In this document: in pieces, positions 51,054 to 58,089 of the stretch
Numbering within the stretch: the stretch's first letter is position 1
Layout: every line of letters starts with the position of its first letter
Sequence record: MW250785
Strand: one strand, 5' to 3'
Source of the DNA: Escherichia phage UPEC03
Length of the DNA: 64,000 bases
Program-made: the position numbers and the translations under genes
The notes under the pieces: generated by a model
Database searches by the model: none
Seen by the model: only the letters and a program-made list of their open reading frames with translations
Told to the model about the DNA's origin: nothing

Positions 51054-51656
51054 TTAATAGTATCCAGGATCTTTGAAGTGTGCTTTCATATATCGCAGAA
51101 TTTCACGCAACATCTGGGTTTGCTCATGTCCACACTGTGAAGCCATATCGATCATGACGCGAGTCATTTCGACGTTCTCCAAGCTGGTTATACGCTGTTT
51201 TAAGGCTTTGTTTTCCTCTTCCAACTCAACCATACGGTCATATGCTTTGATGCGCTCCAAAGGCATATCAGGGCGCTGTTTGAGGACACGGGCGCGTGAC
51301 ACTTCGCATTCGTGATTTGCTTTCCAGTGATCACGTTCACCAGCAATTTTATCATTCTCCTGGTGTAGACGTACAATCTCTTTAAGGAGGCGTTCAGTGG
51401 TATCGGGATCAAACGAAACCATGTATTGCATCAGGGATTGCAACCACAGATCCTCTTGTACCGCCTGTAACGCTTTAGGCCCAATAATGGTAAACTCGCG
51501 TTTCTTCATGTTGCTACCGCAACCGTAGTTAACGTTACCCGCAATCGAACCTGGTTGATTAGTACCATCCCATTTGTCACCGATAACAGGTTTTACTTGC
51601 TGAATAGCACGATTCAGCATTTCGAATTCTTCATCTAAAATCATTTCATATCCCAT
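51054..51656 (-). CDS. Coiled-coil hypothetical protein (200 aa)
   Basis: The central RDHWKANHECEVSRARVLKQRPDMPLERIKAY segment recalls prophage ead/Ea22-like proteins. That is memory only and unverified. Confidence 0.55.
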   Translation of the reverse strand: MGYEMILDEEFEMLNRAIQQVKPVIGDKWDGTNQPGSIAGNVNYGCGSNMKKREFTIIGPKALQAVQEDLWLQSLMQYMVSFDPDTTERLLKEIVRLHQENDKIAGERDHWKANHECEVSRARVLKQRPDMPLERIKAYDRMVELEEENKALKQRITSLENVEMTRVMIDMASQCGHEQTQMLREILRYMKAHFKDPGYY

Positions 51657-52045
51657 AATTCATATTGTGAGCGAAGGATAGCGTAAAGGCTACCGATATG
51701 GATTGTGTCTACCGGACACTGGAAAAGATCCCCGCGCATCATGTTAAACTCGATATCGTTACGTTCAACATAGTTACCGATCATTGATGTCCAACCCATC
51801 ACCAGGTTATAACCATCTTCTGATAACCCATAAGCCAGCCTAACCATGATACAACGCTTATCAGCCAGTTCTACGCGCATATGGGTACTGGTATGAGTGA
51901 CCTTGTTCGGGAATCTGCGAAACATTTTAGTAAGGAGTTTGGCGGTTTCAATATTGAACGCCAGTTCTTGATCCTTACTGGTCTGGTTGTCATGACGGCG
52001 ATTCAGATACTTTTCCATTTTTGGGTTGAGATTCACATGTTGCAT
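51641..52045 (-). CDS. Hypothetical protein (134 aa)
   Basis: Overlaps its neighbours by 13-16 nt. Confidence 0.55.
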   Translation of the reverse strand: MQHVNLNPKMEKYLNRRHDNQTSKDQELAFNIETAKLLTKMFRRFPNKVTHTSTHMRVELADKRCIMVRLAYGLSEDGYNLVMGWTSMIGNYVERNDIEFNMMRGDLFQCPVDTIHIGSLYAILRSQYELWDMK

Positions 52046-52224
52046 AATATATTCCTCACAGGTTTAAAGCGTTCTTTTCCGGTTCCATTACATGAACTGC
52101 ATTTCGGAGATCGGTCGCTATCATATCGCCCAGATCCATTACATGCAACACATTTCCGTAATTTCCAGCCATACACGAACCGCATATAATCGGTTCGTGC
52201 GGCCTTGCGTTCGTGGAAGTTCAT
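52033..52224 (-). CDS. DnaJ-type zinc-finger mini-protein (63 aa)
   Basis: ATG 52224 is ATGA-coupled. Two CxxCxGxG repeats (CVACNGSG, CSSCNGTG). Confidence 0.55.
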   Translation of the reverse strand: MNFHERKAARTDYMRFVYGWKLRKCVACNGSGRYDSDRSPKCSSCNGTGKERFKPVRNILCNM

Positions 52225-52424
52225 ACTTTGTTGTAAACCTGAACAACCCACATTTCGATGTTCGGTGAGTAAGTAACGTTCACCATCGGCATAGTGCGGT
52301 ATTTGTATGCGGCTTTGTACGCATCGAGTTCAGTCGGAACACAGAAAGAGAAACCGTTGTCATAACGTTCTGCGTTAGAAACTTCACAACCAACTACAGA
52401 AGCAATGTTTTTGTTCATGTTCAT
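52221..52424 (-). CDS. Hypothetical protein (67 aa)
   Basis: ATG 52424 preceded by AGAAAGGAAAACATC. The longer track ORF reads through the PeSL. Confidence 0.6.
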   Translation of the reverse strand: MNMNKNIASVVGCEVSNAERYDNGFSFCVPTELDAYKAAYKYRTMPMVNVTYSPNIEMWVVQVYNKV

Positions 52425-52460
52425 GATGTTTTCCTTTCTCTGTTTCGTTTCGATGTGTGT

Positions 52461-52499
52461 AATATAACAAAGCCCCTGCATTGCTGCAAGGGCTTTTTT
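52461..52499 (-). promoter_or_regulatory. PeSL-type terminator/early-promoter stem-loop (class A)
   Basis: - strand hairpin 52496-52469, -35 TTGCAG (52489-52484), 17 nt spacer, -10 TATATT (52466-52461), leader ACACACATCGAAACGAAAC. Confidence 0.7.
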
Positions 52500-52503
52500 C
52501 ACT

Positions 52504-52812
52504 TTAATCGAATTTTTCTGGCAACTGGTCTACAAGTGCTTGAGTTTGATGAAGTTCTTCACTCAATTTATCACGATAATGAACCAATTCGCGGGTTCTT
52601 GATGCGGAATAGCTAATGAGTTTATCAGCGGTAGCGGTGTAACCGTAACCAGCACACGCGATTTCCAGTTTTGCGTTATCGCCGTTAGGTACGCGGATAT
52701 GAGCATACGCCAGCAAGTTTTTAACCGCTTGCAACAGTTCATGATCTTCTTTGCCGATGATAAACTGGTTTGGTTCTGCTGAATCCATATACAGTTCTTC
52801 GTCTTTGTTCAT
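52504..52812 (-). CDS. Hypothetical protein (102 aa)
   Basis: ATGA-coupled to the DUF262 gene. Confidence 0.55.
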   Translation of the reverse strand: MNKDEELYMDSAEPNQFIIGKEDHELLQAVKNLLAYAHIRVPNGDNAKLEIACAGYGYTATADKLISYSASRTRELVHYRDKLSEELHQTQALVDQLPEKFD

Positions 52813-53342
52813 TTTGCAGCCTTATACATTTCCAGGACGCGGTTCATGTGATCTTGAGATTGAGGCACACCCGCGAAGTTCAGTTTGATGAAGAATTCCA
52901 GACGATCCTTTTTGGTGCATTCATCCAGCCCCAGGGCAGGTAATGAAATGTTTTCAAAGGCTCGTTGTTCGTGTCGTGGTATTTCGTCCCAGAACAAACG
53001 GGAACCGTCCGGCATAGGAATCCCAATTTCACCTTCGTAGACTTTGATAATCGTCGTCAGGCGTTGTTTGCCGTCGATCACTTCTACCCAATGGGTTTCG
53101 TTGAACTGACTATCAACCGCGATCGCAATGATACCGCAAGGGAAACCACTGATCAGGGTAGTCAGAAACGCATCTTGCTCTTTCTGCGTCCACACATAGG
53201 GGCGCTGGTAAGATGGATTCAGATCCAGATCTTTATTCTTCCACCAATGCAGATAACTCCCAACCATGATCGCGTGATCGCGACTGCGAAAAGTTAACTG
53301 ATCGCGGATACGGTTATGAACCGGAATATCATCTTTAGACAT
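52809..53342 (-). CDS. Stand-alone DUF262 (ParB/GmrS-like NTPase) domain protein
   Basis: 177 aa. NPSYQRPYVWTQKEQDAFLTTLISGFPCG and VIDGKQRLTTI (DGQQR motif). No DUF1524/HNH nuclease half. Confidence 0.7.
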   Translation of the reverse strand: MSKDDIPVHNRIRDQLTFRSRDHAIMVGSYLHWWKNKDLDLNPSYQRPYVWTQKEQDAFLTTLISGFPCGIIAIAVDSQFNETHWVEVIDGKQRLTTIIKVYEGEIGIPMPDGSRLFWDEIPRHEQRAFENISLPALGLDECTKKDRLEFFIKLNFAGVPQSQDHMNRVLEMYKAAK

Positions 53343-53664
53343 GATTCACCACCCAGCCCAACAAACCAGTATTGATAGCCGCAACGGTAAGGCAAATCAC
53401 CGCCAACACCCGCGCGTTATGAACTTTGGTTTTCAGTTCTGCGATCTCCTGATCATTTTCACTTTCGAACTCTTCACGGGTTCCATAGTAACCAGGATCA
53501 GCAGCGGTTGCCGGACGAACTGCATCTTTTTCAACGATGGTTGCATAACCGCTCGTTACTTTCGTTGCTCCGTACCAGTCACCGCGATCGTTATTGATGA
53601 TCAGGTGATCACCCTTCGCGTTATGCTTCGACTTACCAATGACAACTACACGTTCACCATTCAT
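53335..53664 (-). CDS. Tail-anchored membrane protein (109 aa)
   Basis: C-terminal TM helix VLAVICLTVAAINTGLLGWVV. Confidence 0.55.
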   Translation of the reverse strand: MNGERVVVIGKSKHNAKGDHLIINNDRGDWYGATKVTSGYATIVEKDAVRPATAADPGYYGTREEFESENDQEIAELKTKVHNARVLAVICLTVAAINTGLLGWVVNHV

Positions 53665-53671
53665 AATATAA

Positions 53672-53932
53672 TCACTCTTTCACGTTTTGTTGTAAGAACT
53701 CTAACAGCTTTCCTTCGGCCTGTAAAGCATAAAGTTTATTCAGCTTTGCGATATTTTCAAAGTCTGATTTTTCGCTGAACGACCAGACCCCATCATCGGA
53801 AACCAGCGCACCGATTGATACGCCAGTTTCAGGATCACGCGTCAACGCCAGCCCCAGGGGATGCAGGATATCTTTATTGATTTTCCAAATCAGCCCCAAT
53901 TGAGATAAGGTGTTGAAATCAACGTGACTCAT
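53672..53932 (-). CDS. Hypothetical protein (86 aa)
   Basis: ATGA coupling upstream. Confidence 0.55.
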   Translation of the reverse strand: MSHVDFNTLSQLGLIWKINKDILHPLGLALTRDPETGVSIGALVSDDGVWSFSEKSDFENIAKLNKLYALQAEGKLLEFLQQNVKE

Positions 53933-54315
53933 TTAGGCAATGCCCCGAAAGACAGCAGCCCCATACGATGATCGTTATCTGATTCACCAGTGCTGAATTC
54001 AAATTCTTCACCGCTGATACTGATAGCGCGGAAACCGTCTTTCAGGTATGGCAACAGATACAGAGGGATCAGCATCATGTTTGAATCGTCGCTCCACTTA
54101 CGGAAGCCCAGATTTTTCATTTCTTCCAGCGTCAAATCATTCGGATCGACGGGTTCGAAATCAGGGGAAGCGTAAAGGCGTCCAGGCAGATCGCGAATAT
54201 TTTTCACGGTGAATGAATCACCCCAGGACTGATACACGGTAGGTTCAGCGGCGCGGGTTGCGGTAGCCAGGAGGATCATTTGACAGATTTGAAAAGTTGT
54301 TGCTTTTGGTTTCAT
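53929..54315 (-). CDS. Hypothetical protein (128 aa)
   Basis: ATGA-coupled to the Nudix gene. Confidence 0.55.
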   Translation of the reverse strand: MKPKATTFQICQMILLATATRAAEPTVYQSWGDSFTVKNIRDLPGRLYASPDFEPVDPNDLTLEEMKNLGFRKWSDDSNMMLIPLYLLPYLKDGFRAISISGEEFEFSTGESDNDHRMGLLSFGALPK

Positions 54316-54725
54316 GATGTATATCCCACAAGTTTAGTCAGTAAATTCCCCATAGTCTTACGCGCATGATCGCGGATCTGGCTATACGGAACATATTTGA
54401 AGTCATCCATTTCAGTAATGGTTCGACCATTTTTAACGAAGGTTGAAGCACAAACACATTTTTCTGCTTCGGGGTAATTATTACCCACATATACGAATAA
54501 CACAAGCTCTTTTTTACTCGTATAATCAATCAGACCCAGGCTCAACAGTTCGTGTTGTTCAACTACAACGCCCGTTTCCTCGAAGCATTCACGGATAGCA
54601 GCATTGATCGGGGATTCGCCTTTTTCGATATGCCCCTTTGGGATGTCCCAATGAGGCGTTTCGGTTGCGTGGCCCATTAAAACGCTGCCGTTATTCAGGA
54701 AGAGAATACCAGCAGACCGTTCCAT
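54312..54725 (-). CDS. Nudix hydrolase
   Basis: 137 aa. Nudix box GHIEKGESPINAAIRECFEETGV. Confidence 0.85.
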   Translation of the reverse strand: MERSAGILFLNNGSVLMGHATETPHWDIPKGHIEKGESPINAAIRECFEETGVVVEQHELLSLGLIDYTSKKELVLFVYVGNNYPEAEKCVCASTFVKNGRTITEMDDFKYVPYSQIRDHARKTMGNLLTKLVGYTS

Positions 54726-54970
54726 TACTGTGCTCCGAACTTACGATCGTATGCTGCCAGCGCTTTATCTGCTGCATCAACTGCCTGAGTGTGTTTGTTA
54801 GCGGATTTCTCGCTGAACACTTCGCGGTAAATGGCAACCCAGAGGGATCGGCGGGTCTGTTCGCTTTCTTCATTGACGCGAGAAGCCGCAAAAGCGTTAT
54901 GTTCTTTGATCAGTTGTGCGAATTCAGCATCATGATCAATGGTTTGTTGTTGAATAGCTGTAGAAGTCAT
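54725..54970 (-). CDS. Hypothetical protein (81 aa)
   Basis: TAATG/ATGA coupling on both sides. Confidence 0.55.
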   Translation of the reverse strand: MTSTAIQQQTIDHDAEFAQLIKEHNAFAASRVNEESEQTRRSLWVAIYREVFSEKSANKHTQAVDAADKALAAYDRKFGAQ

Positions 54971-55245
54971 AATTCACCTATTTCTTTCAGTTCAGTTTTG
55001 AGTTTTTCGAGAGTCGATTGGTACTGAATGCCGTTTTCTGGATTTGGCAGACGGGCATAATACAGCGTACCAGTTTTGTTGATGTCTGACAACACCTCTT
55101 GATCGAGGGTAGCCGGATCGATGCCAAAAGCCATTTTAAACATGGTTTCCGCGTCTGGGGCGAATCCGTGAGAGAATGCAAACCCCAGCTTTTTATCAAA
55201 CTGCATCAGGGATACTTTGTTACCCATTGATATCTTATTCCCCAT
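54967..55245 (-). CDS. Hypothetical protein (92 aa)
   Basis: ATG 55245 (or 55227) instead of the track's upstream start. Confidence 0.5.
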   Translation of the reverse strand: MGNKISMGNKVSLMQFDKKLGFAFSHGFAPDAETMFKMAFGIDPATLDQEVLSDINKTGTLYYARLPNPENGIQYQSTLEKLKTELKEIGEL

Positions 55246-55531
55246 AATGTTCTTCGTAATCCTCGCATTCTGGGAGATAGGTTTCGCAGAACATACACAG
55301 CGTGAAGAATGTAGGCTGGCGAATTCCGATATTATCGGGTAAGTACATCCAGAACGTGTTAGCAAACACGATGAACGTTTTCAGGTTTTCAACGGTTACG
55401 GTACTGACACCATCATAACCGGATTGAGCAATTGCGCGTTCCAGGGGAACAGGGTATTGCTCGCAGTAATCGACGTAATGATCGCTTGTTACAAGCGCAT
55501 TAGCCGCTTTTACGAGATCGGTAATTTTCAT
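55235..55531 (-). CDS. Hypothetical protein (98 aa)
   Basis: ATGA coupling upstream. Confidence 0.55.
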   Translation of the reverse strand: MKITDLVKAANALVTSDHYVDYCEQYPVPLERAIAQSGYDGVSTVTVENLKTFIVFANTFWMYLPDNIGIRQPTFFTLCMFCETYLPECEDYEEHYGE

Positions 55532-55794
55532 TCAATATATCCCCAACGAATTTTTACGTTATCTTCTGACGCCGGACTTGTAGGAGTTGGGTATGGATAA
55601 CTTTGCGCTTCCCACAGATAAACAATGGCGTGTTTTGTCAATTCTTCGATAACTTCATCGAAAGTACCGACACTGGTTTGTAAAGGCAACGAGAAAGGTT
55701 TATCGTTGGTTTCTACTTGAGCGATTGGCCCATCTACCAAGATAACACGAACCGTTGTGTGCTCAGACATATGAGCATAGATTTTGTTTTTCAT
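55528..55794 (-). CDS. Hypothetical protein (88 aa)
   Basis: ATGA coupling upstream. Confidence 0.55.
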   Translation of the reverse strand: MKNKIYAHMSEHTTVRVILVDGPIAQVETNDKPFSLPLQTSVGTFDEVIEELTKHAIVYLWEAQSYPYPTPTSPASEDNVKIRWGYIE

Positions 55795-56129
55795 GCGGGT
55801 ACATATTCCACTTTGACAGGTTTTGCAATAAGGCGTTCTTTGGTGAAGCCTTGCCCGTTACAGATATCACAAGTAACGTTGAAGTCTTCCATCTGATCAA
55901 CCCAGCCAGAATCCGGTAAGCCAGAAGGATACGTGTTAACACGCACAACTTCGAACCCTTTACCATCGCATTTCGGGCATTTGTGCGGGTACTGGGATTT
56001 AACCATACTCAGCAGTTGCCCCAGCGTTGTTGAACGATCGAAGCGTTCGACCAGTGCCATTACATCAGCAATACGAATCGAACCAGCATCAATAACGGTA
56101 TACAGGTTTTTCGGTACATTTGAGCGCAT
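55791..56129 (-). CDS. DnaJ-type zinc-finger protein (112 aa)
   Basis: ATG 56129. Two CxxCxGxG repeats (CPKCDGKG, CDICNGQG). Confidence 0.55.
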   Translation of the reverse strand: MRSNVPKNLYTVIDAGSIRIADVMALVERFDRSTTLGQLLSMVKSQYPHKCPKCDGKGFEVVRVNTYPSGLPDSGWVDQMEDFNVTCDICNGQGFTKERLIAKPVKVEYVPA

Positions 56130-56139
56130 AGTATATTTC

Positions 56140-56280
56140 TCACTTAAAAATTTTTTTGATGAAAGAGAGGAACAATCCACCACCGAACATGATCCAGTAT
56201 CCCGCGCCGTCACCGTTAAACAGGACATACACAGCGACACCATAGCAAAAGATTTCCGCGATATTCAGTAAGTTTCTCAT
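56140..56280 (-). CDS. Small membrane protein (46 aa; below track cutoff)
   Basis: MRNLLNIAEIFCYGVAVYVLFNGDGAGYWIMFGGGLFLSFIKKIFK. Strong SD GGAGGGAG upstream. Confidence 0.55.
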   Translation of the reverse strand: MRNLLNIAEIFCYGVAVYVLFNGDGAGYWIMFGGGLFLSFIKKIFK

Positions 56281-56306
56281 AACTCCCTCCTTTGTCTACA
56301 CCAGGT

Positions 56307-56334
56307 ATTTTACCAGAAAGTAGATTACTGTCAA
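56307..56334 (-). promoter_or_regulatory. Sigma70-type early promoter
   Basis: - strand TTGACA (56334-56329), 16 nt spacer, TAAAAT (56312-56307). Confidence 0.65.
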
Positions 56335-56369
56335 CAACAAAGTTTTATCAACCCACTTATCACCAGTCA

Positions 56370-56510
56370 TTAGTAATCCCCTACAGGTTGAGAAGATGCA
56401 ACGCTCAGTATACGGAAAGAGCATTCATTCCATTTGCAATAAGTTTTCGCACAGTGAACAGTGCCTTTCATTACAAACCCGTTTGAGAACACCAGCCAGT
56501 AAAGTTTCAT
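56370..56510 (-). CDS. Hypothetical protein (46 aa)
   Basis: ATG 56510 preceded by AAAGGAGGCAATC. The longer track ORF reads through the PeSL. Confidence 0.45.
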   Translation of the reverse strand: MKLYWLVFSNGFVMKGTVHCAKTYCKWNECSFRILSVASSQPVGDY

Positions 56511-56537
56511 GATTGCCTCCTTTGTTTCGACACCCCT

Positions 56538-56576
56538 AATATAACAAAAGCCCCTGCACGAATGCAAGGGCTTTTT
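56538..56576 (-). promoter_or_regulatory. PeSL-type terminator/early-promoter stem-loop (class A)
   Basis: - strand hairpin 56574-56547, -35 TTGCAT (56567-56562), 18 nt spacer, -10 TATATT (56543-56538), leader ..GTCGAAACAAAGGAGG. Confidence 0.65.
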
Positions 56577-57134
56577 TCAAATATTTTTCAACATGTGTAG
56601 TTGAGGCGGACAATCTTTTGAAGCAATCAGGCGATCCAGGCGTGACATAACGCGTCTGTAGCCGTCATACTCGAACTTGATTTTAGGTGCGATGTAATTA
56701 ACATGGATCGCGTTTCGCGTGTTCAGGCTCAATGTATACTCAGGGATAACGGTTCGGAATCGTACAGCAATCACTGGCTTTTCGTGAGCAATAGAATCAT
56801 CCATGTTTTCAAACATCTGGACGGTGAACGCACAGGCAAACACTTTGCCATTGATCCGGCGATATGCAATGACTTCCTGCATACCTTCGTTTTTCGCTTT
56901 CACCGCGTAATGCAGAACGTTACACGAATAATGTTTAGCGAGACTATTAAGAATTTCACTGTAGATCGCAAAGTCTTTTTTGACTGACGCGGAACGATCC
57001 AGGAATCGGTCTGCGATGTGATCTGTAGTCATTGAAACCTTTGTCACATACCAATCACTTAACGCTTTACTGAAATTTTGGTTAACTTCTCTGCGTAAGT
57101 TATTGATAACATACATCAATCGTGCTCTGTTCAT
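56577..57134 (-). CDS. Hypothetical protein (185 aa)
   Basis: Follows the 57B-like gene after a 3-nt gap. Confidence 0.6.
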   Translation of the reverse strand: MNRARLMYVINNLRREVNQNFSKALSDWYVTKVSMTTDHIADRFLDRSASVKKDFAIYSEILNSLAKHYSCNVLHYAVKAKNEGMQEVIAYRRINGKVFACAFTVQMFENMDDSIAHEKPVIAVRFRTVIPEYTLSLNTRNAIHVNYIAPKIKFEYDGYRRVMSRLDRLIASKDCPPQLHMLKNI

Positions 57135-57137
57135 AAA

Positions 57138-57761
57138 TCACCCATTATGTTTGAAGTATTCGATCTGACGCAGACGTTTTTCTGCTGCCTCTTTCGAATC
57201 ATATTCACCAAGTTCTTTCGTGCGATCATGGTTCAGCACAACCCACTTATCGCCGCGATGTTCGATGTGCTCCGTGATGTCTTCAACTTTCTTATCAAGA
57301 TCCAGCGGTTCAGCATCTTCCTCGATAATAGTCAAATCTACGGGCAGTGTCAACAGTCTTTTAACTCCGCTGATATCTTCGATGCGGGAATCATATGCGA
57401 GCGTTACGTGTGGTTTGTAATCGTCATAATCGTATGTTGCTCCAGCATCCATTGCATCTTTGAAGCGGCTATGGAGATAATCAGATTCCAGAACGCCCAC
57501 GATCGTATTACCGTATTTCGTTTCCCACTTCTCCACGTCAACCAGTCGGGCAGGTTCAGAGATACCGGAGGCAGGGAACAGATCAACCGTCTTACGGCTA
57601 TACACAATCGTTGTATGCAGTTTTGCAGCGGAAACAGGATTCTCTACACCCAGAAGTTTTTGCACCTTCGCGAGCGCTTCACAGGAAGCCTGATCGAACT
57701 TCGCACACATATAGATCCCCGGATCAACTACGGGTTTCGCTACTTCAATAAAACTTTTCAT
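57138..57761 (-). CDS. 57B: 2H phosphoesterase, gp57B / Acb1-like, with ~55-aa C-terminal extension
   Basis: 207 aa. Two H-x-T motifs (LHTTIVYS, PHVTLAY). Lies directly downstream of 57A as in T4. The extra C-terminal segment is GDKWVVLNHDRTKELGEYDSKEAAEKRLRQIEYFKH. Confidence 0.6.
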   Translation of the reverse strand: MKSFIEVAKPVVDPGIYMCAKFDQASCEALAKVQKLLGVENPVSAAKLHTTIVYSRKTVDLFPASGISEPARLVDVEKWETKYGNTIVGVLESDYLHSRFKDAMDAGATYDYDDYKPHVTLAYDSRIEDISGVKRLLTLPVDLTIIEEDAEPLDLDKKVEDITEHIEHRGDKWVVLNHDRTKELGEYDSKEAAEKRLRQIEYFKHNG

Positions 57762-57775
57762 GTGTACTCCAAATG

Positions 57776-57795
57776 AAAAAGGGGCTTTCGCCCCC
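57776..57795 (-). terminator. Hairpin with T-run between 57A and 57B-like gene
   Basis: - strand GGGGC-GAAA-GCCCC followed by TTTTT. Confidence 0.6.
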
Positions 57796-57819
57796 AGTGG
57801 TTAAACGCCTAAGCGTTAA

Positions 57820-58086
57820 TTATGCTTTTGATGCATCAATCGCTTCATTATCACCAGCGATTTCTACTGTTGCTGGCAGAAGTGCTTTGATCGCGCCGAT
57901 CAGGGCATCAGGGGATACACCCTGCGAACCGTCGATTTCCAGAAGACCGCAAATCTGGCCTACGAGTTGACGGTGATTTGCCAGTTCTTGTTCTTTACCC
58001 TGAATGATTTCGTTCAGGTCGAATACACGGGCTTTCAGGATCAGGACATCGTTTTGAAGCTGTTGGGTTTGGTTTTGTTCAGTCAT
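57820..58086 (-). CDS. 57A: Tail-fiber assembly chaperone gp57A
   Basis: 88 aa coiled-coil. MTEQNQTQQLQNDVLILKARVFDL resembles T4 gp57A as recalled. Position next to gene 1. Confidence 0.75.
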   Translation of the reverse strand: MTEQNQTQQLQNDVLILKARVFDLNEIIQGKEQELANHRQLVGQICGLLEIDGSQGVSPDALIGAIKALLPATVEIAGDNEAIDASKA

Positions 58087-58089
58087 TGT

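Noticed and set aside
14605-56576. Whether the repeated hairpin elements could be a CRISPR array or MITE-like repeats
   Set aside because: The copies are separated by kilobases of coding sequence and occur on both strands. They have no regular spacing and contain promoter hexamers with fixed 17-nt spacing. They behave as regulatory cassettes, not CRISPR repeats.
57732-57761. The N-terminus MKSFIEVAKP of the Acb1-like protein as a capsid-targeting sequence (it shares MKSF.E with the IP-like MKSFKELLSE)
   Set aside because: Only five residues match and the (L/I)-x-E cleavage context at position 10 is missing. That is too short to distinguish from chance.
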